A DNA stretch of 64,000 nucleotides. It comes from Squalus acanthias. Lineage: Eukaryota. Of the stretch, positions 1 through 12,000 are shown piece by piece. The position numbers and the translations under genes are program-made. A model generated the notes under the pieces. That model searched no databases and was not told the origin of the DNA. It saw nothing but the letters and a program-made list of their open reading frames with translations. The stretch covers positions 1 through 64,000 of the forward strand of contig JASTWF010000088.1 in the NCBI GenBank assembly GCA_030390025.1. The letters run 5' to 3'. Positions within the stretch are counted from its first letter, which is position 1. The number at the start of each line of letters is the position of its first letter.

Positions 1-31
1 GTCAGAGTTAGGGAGAGGCGGGGTGAGGGAG

Positions 32-3000
32 GTCAGAGTTAGGGTGAGGCGGGGTGAGGGAGGTCAGAGTTAGGGTGAGGCGGGGTGAGAGAGGTCAGAG
101 TTAGGGACAGGCGGGGTGAGGGAGGTCAGAGTTAGGGAGAGGCGGGGTGAGGGAGGTCAGAGTTAGGGAGAGGCGGGGTGAGGGAGGTCAGAGTGACGGT
201 GAGGCGGGGTGAGAGAGATCAGAGTTAGAGAGAGGCGGGTTGAGGAAGGTCAGAGTTAGGGAGAGGAGAGGTGAAGGAGGTCAGAGTTAGGGTGAGGCAG
301 GGAGAGGGAGGTCAGAGTTAGGGAGAGGCGGGGTGAGGGAGGTCAGAGTGACGGTGAGGCGGGGTGAGAGAGGTCAGAGTTAGAGAGAGGCGGGTTGAGG
401 AAGGTCAGAGTTAGGGAGTGGCGGGGTGAGGGAGGTCAGAGTTAGGGTGAGGCAGGGAGAGGGAGGTCAGAGTTCGGGAAGTGGCGGGGTGAGAGAGGTC
501 ACAGTTAGGGAGAGGCGGGGTGATGGAGGTCAGAGTTAGGGACAGGTGGTGTGAGGGAGGTCAGAGTTAGGATCAGGCGGGGTTGAGGAAGGTCAGAGTT
601 AGGGAGAGGCGGGGTGAGGGAGGTCAGAGTTAGGGAGAGGCGAGAGTGAGGGAGAGGTGAGACTGAGGGAGAGGCGAGAGTTAGAGAGAAGCGAGAGTGA
701 GGGAGAGGCGAGGGTGAGAGAGAGGCGAGGGTGAGAGAGAGCCGGGAGTGAGGGAGAGGCGAGAGTGAAGGAGAGGGGAGAGTGAGGGAGAGGGCGATAG
801 TGAGGGAAAGGCGAGAGTGAGGGAGAGGGCGAGAAGTGAGGAGAGGTGGGAGTGAAGGAGAGGCGAGGGTCAGGGAGAGGCAAGAGTGAGGGAGAGGCAG
901 GAGTGAGGGAGAGGCGAGAGTGAGGGAGAGGCGACAGTGAGAGAGGGCCGAGAGTGAGAGAGAGGGGGGAGTGAGGGAGAGGCGGGTGTGGGAGAGGCGG
1001 TGTGAGGGAGAGGTGGGGGTGAGGGAGAGGCGAGAGTGAGGGAGAGGCAGGAATGAGCAAGAGGCCGGGGTGATGGAGTAACGGGTTGAGCGAGAGGTCA
1101 GAGTTAGGGACAGGCGGGGTCAGGGAGGTCAGAGGTAGAGACAGGCGGGGTGAGAGAGGTCAGAGTTAGGGAGTGGCGGGGTGAGGGAGGTCAGAGTTAG
1201 GGACAGGGCGGGCTGAGGGAGGTCAGTGTTAGGGTGAAGCGGGGTGAGGGAGGTCAGAGTTAGGGTGAGGCGGGGGTGAGGGAGGTCAGAGTTAGGGTGA
1301 GGCGGAGTGAGTGAGGTCAGAGTTAGAGTGAGGTGGGGTGAGAGTGGTCAGAGTTAGGGACAGGCGGGGTGAGGGAGGTCAGAGTTAGGGACAGGCGGGG
1401 TTGAGGAAGGTCAGAGTTAGGGAGAGGCGGGGTGAGGGAGGTCAGAGTTAGGGACAGGCAGGGTGACGGATGTCAGAGTTAGGATCAGGCGGGGTTGAGG
1501 AAGGTCAGAGTTAGGGAGAGGCGGGGTGAGGGAGGTCAGAGTTAGGGAGAGGCGGGGTGAGGGAGGTCAGAGTTAGGGTGAGGCGGGGTGAGAGAGGTCA
1601 GAGTTAGGGACAGGCGGGGTGAGGGAGGTCAGAGTTAGGGACAGGCAGGGTGAGAGAGGTCAGAGTTACGGAGAGGCGGGGTGAGGGAGGTCAGAGTTCG
1701 GGAGATGCGGGGTGAGAGAGGTCAGAGTTATGGTGAGGCAGTGTGAGGGAGGCCAGACTTAGGAGAGGTGGGGTGAGGGAGGTCAGAGTTAGGGAGAGGC
1801 GGGGTGAGGGAGGTCAGAGTTAGGGAGAGGCGGGGTGAGGGAGGTCAGAGTTAAAGTGAGGCGGAGTGAGGGAGGTCAGAGTTAGGGTGAGGCGGGGTTA
1901 GAGAGGTCAGAGTTAGGTAGAGGCGGGGTGAGGAAATTCAGAGTTAGGGAGAGGCGGTGTGAGGGAGGTCAGAGTTAGAGAGAGGCGGGGTGAAGGAGGT
2001 CAGAGTCAGGGTGAGGCGGTGTGAGGGAGGTCAGAGTTAGGGAGAGGCGGGGTGAGGGAGGTCAGAGTTACGGTGAGGCGGGGTGAGAGAGGTCAGAGTT
2101 AGAGAGAGGCGGGGTTGAGGAAGGTCAGAGTTAGGGAGAGCGGGGTGAGGAAGGTCAGAGTTAGGGTGAGGGCAGGGAGAGGGAGGTCAGAGTTAGGGAG
2201 TGGCGGGGGTGAGAGAGGTCAGAGTTAGGGTGAGGCGGGGTGATGGAGGTCAGAGTTAGGGACAGGCGGTGTGAGGAGGTCTGAGTTAGGATCAGGCGGG
2301 GTTGAGGAAGGTCAGAGTTAGGGAGAGGCGGGGTGAGGGAGGTCAGAGTTAGGGAGAGGCGAGAGTGAGGGAGAGGTGAGACTGAGGGAGAGGCGAGAGT
2401 TAGAGAGAAGCGAGAGAGTGAGGGAGAGGCAAGGGTGAGAGAGAGGTGAGGGTGAGAGAGAGCCGGGAGTGAGTGAGAGGCGAGAGTGAGGGAGAGGGGA
2501 GAGTGAGGGAGAGGCGAGAGAGTGAGGGAGAGGCGAGAGTGAGGGAGAGGCGAGAGTGAGGGAGAGGTGGGAGTGAAGGAGAGGAGAGGGTCAGGGAGAG
2601 GCGATAGTGAGGGAGAGAGGTGGAGTGAGGGAGAGGCGAGAGTGAGGGAGAGGCGAGAGTGAGGGAGAGGCGAGAGTGAGGGACTGGCGAGAGTGAGGGA
2701 GAGGCGAGAGTGAGGAAAGGGCCAGAGTGAGGGACTGGCGAGAGTGGCGGGAGTGAAGCAGAGGCGGGTGTGGGAGTGAGCCGGGAGTGAGGGAGAGGTG
2801 GGAGTGAGGGTGAGGCGGAAGTGTGGGAGAGGCGGTTGTGATGGAGAGGTGGGAGCGAGGGAGAGGCGAGGGTCAGGGAGAGGCATGAATAAGCTCGAGG
2901 CGGGGTGAGGGGAGTAACGGGTTGAGGAAGAGGAGGGGTGAGAGAGTGGCGGGTGTGAGCGAGAGGTCAGAGTGAGGGAGGGGCGGGGTGAGGGAGGTCA

Positions 3001-6000
3001 GAGTTAGGGAGAGGCGGGGTGAGGGAGAGGCGAGAGTGAGGGTGAGGCGAGAGTGAGGGAGAGGCGAGAGTGAGGGAGAGGCGAGAGTGAGAGAGAGGCG
3101 AGAGTGAGGGAGAGGTGGGAGTGAGGGAGAGGTGAGACTGAGGGAGAGGCGAGAGTGCGGGAGAGGCTACAGTGAGAGAGAGGCGAGAGTGACGGAGAGG
3201 CGACAGTGAGAGAGGGCCGAGAGTGAGAGAGAGGTGGCAGTGAGGGAGAGGCGGGTGTTGGAGAGGCGGTGTGAGGGAGAGGTGGGGGTGAGGGAGAGGC
3301 GAGAGTGAGGGAGAGGCAGGAATGAGCAAGAGGCGGGGTGAGGGAGTAACGGGTTGAGCGAGAGGTCAGAGTTAGGGAGAGGCGGGGTCAGGGAGGTCAG
3401 GGTTAGAGACAGGCGGGGTGAGAGAGGTCAGAGTTAGGGAGTGGCGGGGTGAGGGAGGTCAGAGTTAGGGACAGGCGGGGTGAGGGAGGTCAGAGTTAGG
3501 GTGAGGTGGGGTGAGGGAGGTCAGAGTTAGGGTGAGGCGGGGTGAGGGAGGTCAGAGTTAGGGACAGGCGGGGTGAGAGAGGTCAGAGTTAGGGACAGGC
3601 AGGATGAGGGAGATCAGAGTTAGGATCAGGCGGGGTTGAGGAAGGTCAGAGTTAGGGAGAGGCGGGGTGAGGGAGGTCAGAGTTTGGGACAGGCAGGGTG
3701 AGGGAGGTCAGAGTTAGGATCAGGCGGGGTTGAGGAAGGTCAGAGTTAGGGAGAGGGGGGTGAGGGAGGTCAGAGTTAGGGTGAGGCGGGGTGAGGGAGG
3801 TCAGAGTTAGGGTGAGGCGGGGTGAGAGAGGTCAGAGTTAGGGACAGGCGGGGTGAGGGAGGTCAGAGTTAGGGAGAGGCGGGTGTGAGGGAGGTCAGAG
3901 TTAGGGAGAGGCGGTGTGAGGGAGGTCAGAGTGACGGTGAGGCGGGGTGAGAGAGATCAGAGTTAGAGAGAGGCGGGTTGAGGAAGGTCAGAGTTAGGGA
4001 GAGGAGAGGTGAAGGAGGTCAGAGTTAGGGTGAGGCAGGGAGAGGGAGGTCAGAGTTAGGGAGAGGCGGGGTGAGGGAGGTCAGAGTGACGGTGAGGCGG
4101 GGTGAGAGAGGTCAGAGTTAGAGAGAGGCGGGTTGAGGAAGGTCAGAGTTAGGGAGTGGCGGGGTGAGGGAGGTCAGAGTTAGGGTGAGGCAGGGAGAGG
4201 GAGGTCAGAGTTCGGGAGTGGCGGGGTGAGAGAGGTCACAGTTAGGGAGAGGCGGGGTGATGGAGGTCAGAGTTAGGGACAGGTGGTGTGAGGGAGGTCA
4301 GAGTTAGGATCAGGCGGGGTTGAGGAAGGTCAGAGTTAGGGAGAGGCGGGGTGAGGGAGGTCAGAGTTAGGGAGAGGCGAGAGTGAGGGAGAGGTGAGAC
4401 TGAGGGAGAGGCGAGAGTTAGAGAGAAGCGAGAGTGAGGGAGAGGCGAGGGTGAGAGAGAGGCGAGGGTGAGAGAGAGCCGGGAGTGAGGGAGAGGCGAG
4501 AGTGAAGGAGAGGGGAGAGTGAGGGAGAGGCGATAGTGAGGGAAAGGCGAGAGTGAGGGAGAGGCGAGAGTGAGGGAGAGGTGGGAGTGAAGGAGAGGCG
4601 AGGGTCAGGGAGAGGCAAGAGTGAGGGAGAGGCAGGAGTGAGGGAGAGGCGAGAGTGAGGGAGAGGCGAGAGTGAGGGAGAGGCGAGAGTGAGGGACTGA
4701 CGAGAGTGAGGGAGAGGCGAGAGTGAGGGACAGGCGAGAGTGAGGGGCTGGCGAGAGTGGCGGGAGTGAAGGAGAGGCGGGTGTGGGAGTGAGCCGGGAG
4801 TGAGGGAGAGGTGGGAGTGAGGGTGAGGCGGGTGTGGGAGAGGCGCTGTGATGGAGAGGTGGGAGCGAGGGAGAGGCGAGGGTCAGGGAGAGGCATGAAT
4901 AAGCTCGAGGTGGGGTGAGGGAGTAACTGGTTGAGGAAGAGGAGTGGTGAGAGAGTGGCGGGTGTGAGCGAGAGGTCAGAGTTAGGGAGGGGCGGAGTGA
5001 GGGAGGTCAGAGTTAGGGAGAGGCGGGGTGAGGGAGAGGTGGGAGTGAGGGAGAGGCGAGAGTGAGGGAGAGGCGAGAGTGAGGGAGAGGCGAGAGTGAG
5101 GGTAAGGCGGGAGTGAGGGAGAGGCGGGTGTGGGAGAGGCGGTGTGAGGGAGAGGAGGGATTGAGGGAGAGGCGAGAGTGAGGGTGAGGCGAGAGTGAGG
5201 GAGAGGCGAGAGTGAGGGTGAGGCGAGAGTGAGCGAGAGGTCAGAGTTAGGGAGAGGCGGGGTCAGGGAGGTCAGAGGTAGAGACAGGCGGGGTGAGAGA
5301 GGTCAGAGTTAGGGAGTGGCGGGGTGAGGGAGGTCAGAGTTAGGGACAGGCGGGGTGAGGGAGGTCAGTGTTAGGGTGAAGCGGGGTGAGGGAGGTCAGA
5401 GTTAGGGTGAGGCGGGGTGAGGGAGGTCAGAGTTAGGGTGAGGCGGAGTGAGTGAGGTCAGAGTTAGAGTGAGGTGGGGTGAGAGTGGTCAGAGTTAGGG
5501 ACAGGTGGGGTGAGGGAGGTCAGAGTTAGGGACAGGCGGGGTGAGAGAGGTCAGAGTTAGGGACAGGCTGGGTGAGGGAGATCAGAGTTAGGATCAGGCG
5601 GGGTTGAGGAAGGTCAGAGTTTGGGAGAGGCGGGGTGAGGGAGGTCAGAGTTAGGGACAGGCAGGGTGACGGAGGTCAGAGTTAGGATCAGGCGAGGTTG
5701 AGGAAGGTCAGAGTTAGGGAGAGGCGGGGGTGAGGGAGGTCAGAGTTAGGGAGAGGCGGGGTGAGGGAGGTCAGAGTTAGGGTGAGGCGGGGTGAGAGAG
5801 GTCAGAGTTAGGGAGAGGCGGGGTGAGGGAGGTCAGAGTTAGGAGAGGCGGGGTGAGGGAGAGGTGGGAGTGAGGGAGAGGCGAGAGTGAGGAGAGGCGA
5901 GATTGAGGGTAAGGCGGGAGTGAGGGAGAGGCGAGAGTGAGGGAGAGGCGAGAGTGCGGGAGAGGCGAGAGTGAGAGAGAGGTGGGAGTGAGGGAGAGGT

Positions 6001-9000
6001 GAGAGTGAGGGAGAGGCGAGAGTGAGGGAGAGGGGAGAGTGAGAGAGAGGTAGGAGTGAGGGAGAGGTGAGAGTGAGGGAGAGGCGAGAGTGCGGGAGAG
6101 GCGACAGTGAGAGAGAGGCGAGAGTGAGGGAGAGGCGACAGTGAGAGAGGGCGAGAGTGAGAGAGAGGGGGGAGTGAGGGAGAGGCGGGTGTGGGAGAGG
6201 CGGTGTGAGGGAGAGGTGGGGGTGAGGGAGAGGCGAGAGTGAGGGAGAGGCAGGAATGAGCAAGAGGCGGGGTGATGGAGTAACGGGTTGAGCGAGAGGT
6301 CAGAGTTAGGGACAGGCGGGGTCAGGGAGGTCAGAGGTAGAGACTGGCGGGGTGAGAGAGGTCAGAGTTAGGGAGTGGCGGGGTGAGGGAGGTCAGAGTT
6401 AGGGACAGGCGGGGTGAGGGAGGTCAGTGTTAGGGTGAAGCGGGGTGAGGGAGGTCAGAGTTAGGGTGAGGCGGGGTGAGGGAGGTCAGAGTTAGGGTGA
6501 GGCGGAGTGAGTGAGGTCAGAGTTAGAGTGAGGTGGGGTGAGAGTGGTCAGAGTTAGGGACAGGCGGGGTGAGGGAGGTCAGAGTTAGGGACAGGCGGGG
6601 TGAGAGAGGTCAGAGTTAGGGACAGGCAGGGTGAGGGAGATCAGAGTTAGGATCAGGCGGGGTTGAGGAAGGTCAGAGTTAGGGAGAGGCGGGGTGAGGG
6701 AGGTCAGAGTTAGGGACAGGCAGGGTGACGGAGGTCAGAGTTAGGATCAGGCGGGGTTGAGGAAGGTCAGAGTTAGGGAGAGGCGGGGTGAGGGAGGTCA
6801 GAGTTAGGGAGAGGCGGGGTGAGGGAGGTCAGAGTTAGGGTGAGGCGGGGTGAGAGAGGTCAGAGTTAGGGACAGGCGGGGTGAGGGAGGTCAGAGTTAG
6901 GGACAGGCAGGGTGAGAGAGGTCAGAGTTACGGAGAGGCGGGGTGAGGGAGGTCAGAGTTCGGGAGATGCGGGGTGAGAGAGGTCAGAGTTATGGTGAGG
7001 CAGTGTGAGGGAGGTCAGACTTAGGGAGAGGTGGGGTGAGGGAGGTCAGAGTTAGGGAGAGGCGGAGTGAGGGAGGTCAGAGTTAGGGAGAGGCGGGGTG
7101 AGGGAGGTCAGAGTTAAAGTGAGGCGGGGTGAGGGAGGTCAGAGTTAGGGTGAGGTGGGGTGAGGGAGGTCAGAGTTAGGTAGAGGCGGGGTGAGGGAGG
7201 TCAGAGTTAGGATCAGGCGGGGTTGAGGAAGGTCAGAGTTAGGGAGAGGCGGGGTGAGGGAGGTCAGAGTTTGGGACAGGCGGGGTGAGGGAGGTCAGAG
7301 TTAGGATCAGGCGGGGTTGAGGAAGGTCAGAGTTAGGGAGAGGCGGGGTGAGGGAGGTCAGAGTTAGGGTGAGGCGGGGTGAGGGAGGTCAGAGTTAGGG
7401 TGAGGCGGGGTGAGAGAGGTCAGAGTTAGGGACAGGCGGGGTGAGGGAGGTCAGAGTTAGGGAGAGGCGGGGTGAGGGAGGTCAGAGTTAGGGAGAGGCG
7501 GGGTGAGGGAGGTCAGAGTGACGGTGAGGCGGGGTGAGAGAGATCAGAGTTAGAGAGAGGCGGGTTGAGGAAGGTCAGAGTTAGGGAGAGGAGAGGTGAA
7601 GGAGGTCAGAGTTAGGGTGAGGCAGGGAGAGGGAGGTCAGAGTTAGGGAGAGGCGGGGTGAGGGAGGTCAGACTGACGGTGAGGCGGGGTGAGAGAGGTC
7701 AGAGTTAGAGAGAGGCGGGTTGAGGAAGGTCAGAGTTAGGGAGTGGCGGGGTGAGGGAGGTCAGAGTTAGGGTGAGGCAGGGAGAGGGAGGTCAGAGTTC
7801 GGGAGTGGCGGGGTGAGAGAGGTCACAGTTAGGGAGAGGCGGGGTGATGGAGGTCAGAGTTAGGGACAGGTGGTGTGAGGGAGGTCAGAGTTAGGATCAG
7901 GCGGGGTTGAGGAAGGTCAGAGTTAGGGAGAGGCGGGTTGAGGGAGGTCAGAGTTAGGGAGAGGCGAGAGTGAGGGAGAGGTGAGACTGAGGGAGAGGCG
8001 AGAGTTAGAGAGAAGCGAGAGTGAGGGAGAGGCGAGGGTGAGAGAGAGGCGAGGGTGAGAGAGAGCCGGGAGTGAGGGAGAGGCGAGAGTGAGGGAGAGG
8101 GGAGAGTGAGGGAGAGGCGATAGTGAGGGAAAGGCGAGAGTGAGGGAGAGGCGAGAGTGAGGGAGAGGTGGGAGTGAAGGAGAGGCGAGGGTCAGGGAGA
8201 GGCAAGAGTGAGGGAGAGGCAGGAGTGAGGGAGAGGCGAGAGTGAGGGAGAGGCGAGAGTGAGGGAGAGGCGAGAGTGAGGGACTGACGAGAGTGAGGGA
8301 GAGGCGAGAGTGAGGAAGAGGCGAGAGTGAGGGGCTGGCGAGAGGGGCGGGAGTGAAGGAGAGGCGGGTGTGGGAGTGAGCCGGGAGTGAGGGAGAGGTG
8401 GGAGTGAGGGTGAGGTGGGTGTGGGAGAGGCGCTGTGATGGAGAGGTGGGAGCGAGGGAGAGGCGAGGGTCAGGGAGAGGCATGAATAAGCTCGAGGTGG
8501 GGTGAGGGAGTAACTGGTTGAGGAAGAGGAGTGGTGAGAGAGTGGCGGGTGTGAGCGAGAGGTCAGAGTTAGGGAGGGGCGGAGTGAGGGAGGTCAGAGT
8601 TAGGGAGAGGCGGGGTGAGGGAGAGGTGGGAGTGAGGGAGAGGCGAGAGTGAGGGAGAGGCGAGAGTGAGGGAGAGGCGAGAGTGAGGGTAAGGCGGGAG
8701 TGAGGGAGAGTCGAGAGTGAGGGAGAGGCGAGATGCGGGAGAGGCGAGAGTGAGAGAGAGGTGGGAGTGAGGGAGAGGTGAGAGCGAGGGAGAGGCGAGA
8801 GTGAGGGTGAGGCGAGAGTGAGGGAGAGGCGAGAGTGAGGGAGAGGCGACAGTGAGAGAGAGGCAAGAGTGAGAGAGAGGTGGGAGTGAGGGAGAGGTGA
8901 GAGTGAGGGAGAGGAGAGAGTGAGGGAGAGGCGACAGTGAGAGAGAGGCGAGAGTGAGGGAGAGGTGACAGTGAGAGAGGGCCGAGAGCGAGAGAGAGGT

Positions 9001-12000
9001 GGGAGTGAGGGAGAGGCGGGTGTGGGAGAGGCGGTGTGAGGGAGGGGTGGGAGTGAGGGAGAGGCGAGAGTGAGGGTGAGGCGAGAGTGAGGGAGAGGCG
9101 AGAGTGAGGGAGAGGCGACAGTGAGAGGGAGGCGAGAGTGAGAGAGAGGTGGGAGTGAGGGAGAGGTGAGAGTGAGGGAGAGGCGAGAGTGCGGGAGAGG
9201 CGACAGTGAGAGAGAGGCGAGAGTGAGGGAGAGGCGACAGTGAGAGAGGGCCGAGACTGAGAGAGAGGTGGGAGTGAGGGAGAGGCGGGTGTGGGAGAGG
9301 CGGTGTGAGGGAGAGGTGGTGGTGAGGGAGAGGCGAGAGTGAGGGAGAGGCAGGAATGAGCAAGAGGCGGGGTGAGGGAGTAACGGGTTGAGCGAGAGGT
9401 CAGAGTTAGGGAGAGGCGGGGTCAGGGAGGTCAGAGTTAGAGACAGGCGGTGTGAGAGAGGTCAGAGTTAGGGAGTGGCGGGGTGAGGGAGGTCAGAGTT
9501 AGGGACAGGCGGGGTGAGGGAGGTCAGTGTTAGGGTGAAGAGGGGTGAGGGAGGTCAGAGTTAGGGTGAGGCGGGGTGAGGGAGGTCAGAGTTAGGGTGA
9601 GGCGGGGTGAGCGAGGTCAGAGTTAGGGACAGGCGGGGTGAGAGAGGTTAGAGTTAGAGACAGGCAGGGTGAGGGAGGTCAGAGTTAGGATCAGGCGGGG
9701 TTGAGGGAGGTCAGAGTTAGGGAGAGGCGGGGTGAGGGAGGTCAGAGTTAGGGTGAGGCGGGGTGAGAGAGGTCAGAGTTAGGGACAGGCGGGGTGAGGG
9801 AGGTCAGAGTTAGGGACAGGCAGGGCGAGAGAGGTCAGAGTTACAGAAAGGCGGGGTGAGGGAGGTCAGAGTTAGGGAGATGCGGGGTGAGAGAGGTCAG
9901 AGTTATGGTGAGGCGGGGTGAGAGAGGTCAGAGTTAGGGTGAGGCAGGGTGAGGGAGGTCAGAGTTAGGGAGAGGCGGGGTGAGGGAGGTCAGAGTTAGG
10001 GAGAGGCGGGGTGAGAGAGGTCAGAGTTAGGGACAGGCGGGGTGAGGGAGGTCAGAGTTAGGATCAGGCGGGGTTGAGGAAGGTCAGAGTTAGGGAGATG
10101 CGGGGTGAGGGAGGTCAGAGTTAGGGAGAGGCGGGGTGAGGGAGGTCAGAGTTAGGGTGAGGCGGGGTGAGAGAGGTCAGAGTTAGGGTGAGGCAGGGTG
10201 AGGGAGGTCAGAGTTAGGGAGAGGCGGGGTGAGGGAGGTCAGAGTTAGGGAGAGGTGGGGTGAGGGAGGTCAGAGTTAGGGAGAGGCGGGGTGAGGGAGG
10301 TCAGAGTTAAAGTGCGGCGGAGTGAGGGAGGTCAGAGTTAGGGTGAGGCGGGGTGATGGAGGTCAGAGTTAGGGACAGGCGGTGTGAGGGAGGTCAGAGT
10401 TAGGATCAGGCGGTGTTGAGGAAGGTCAGAGTTAGGGAGAGGCGGCGTGAGGGAGGTCAGAGTTAGGGAGAGGCGAGAGTGAGGGAGAGGTGAGACTGAG
10501 GGAGAGGCGAGAGTGAGGGAGAGGCGACAGTGAGAGAGAGGCGAGAGTGAGAGAGAGGTGGGAGTGAGGGAGAGGTGAGAGTGAGGGAGAGGCGAGAGTG
10601 AGGGAGAGGCGACAGTGAGAGAGGGCCGAGAGTGAGAGAGAGGTGGGAGTGAGGGAGAGGCGGGTGTGGGAGAGGCGGTGTGAGGGAGAGGTGGGAGTGA
10701 GGGAGAGGCGAGAGTGAGGGTGAGGCGAGAGTGAGGGAGAGGCGAGAGTGAGGGAGAGGCGACAGTGAGAGAGAGGCGAGAGTGAGAGAGAGGTGGGAAT
10801 GAGGGAGAGGTGAGAGTGAGGGAGAGGCGAGAGTGCGGGAGAGGCGACAGTGAGAGAGAGGCGAGAGTGAGGGAGAGGCGACAGTGAGAGAGGGCCGAGA
10901 GTGAGAGAGAGGAGGGAGTGAAGGAGAGGCGGGTGTGGGAGAGGCGGTGTGAGGGAGAGGTGGGGGTAAGGGAGAGGCGAGAGTGAGGGAGAGGCAGGAA
11001 TGAGCAAGAGGCGGGGTGAGGGAGTAACGGGTTGAGCGAGAGGTCAGAGTTAGGGAGAGGCGGGGTCAGGGAGGTCAGAGTTAGAGACAGGCGGGGTGAG
11101 AGAGGTCAGAGTTAGGGAGGGGCAGGGTGAGGGAGGTCAGAGTTAGGGACAGGCGGGGTGAGGGAGGTCAGAGTTCGGGTGAGGCGGGGTGAGGGAGGTC
11201 AGAGTTAGGGACAGGCGGGGTGAGAGAGGTCAGAGTTAGGGACAGGCAGGGTGAGGGAGATCAGAGTTAGGATCAGGCGGGGTTGAGGAAGGTCAGAGTT
11301 AGGGAGAGGCGGGGTGAGGGAGGTCAGAGTTAGGGAGAGGCGGGGTGAGGGAGGTCAGAGTTAGGGTGAGGCGGGGTGAGAGAGGTCAGAGTTAGGGACA
11401 GGCGGGGTGAGGGAGGTCAGAGTTAGGGACAGGCAGGGTAAGAGAGGTCAGAGTTACGGAGAGGCGGGGTGAGGGAGGTCAGAGTTAGGGAGATGCGGGG
11501 TGAGAGAGGTCAGAGTTATGGTGAGGCGGGGTAAGAGAGGTCAGAGTTAGGGTGAGGCAGGTTGAGGGAGGTCTGAGTTAGGGAGAGGCGGGGTGAGGGA
11601 GGTCAGAGTTAGGGAGAGGCGGGGTGAGGGAGGTCAGAGTTAGGGAGAGGCGGGTTGAGGGAGGTCAGAGTTAAAGTGAGGCGGAGTGAGGGAGGTCAGA
11701 GTTAGGGTGAGGCGGGGTTAGAGAGGTCAGAGTTAGGGAGAGGTGGGGTGAGGGAGTTCAGAGTTTGGGTGAGGCGGGGTGAGAGAGGTCAGAGTTAGGG
11801 AGAGGCGGGGTGAGGAATTTCAGAGTTAGGGAGAGGCGGTGTGTGGGAGGTCAGAGTTAGAGAGAGGCGGGGTGAGGGAGGTCAGCGTCAGGGTGAGGCG
11901 GTGTGAGGGAGGTCAGAGTTAGGATCAGGCGGGGTTGAGGAAGGTCAGAGTTAGGGAGAGGGGGGGTGAGGGAGGTCAGAGTTAGGGAGAGGCGAGAGTG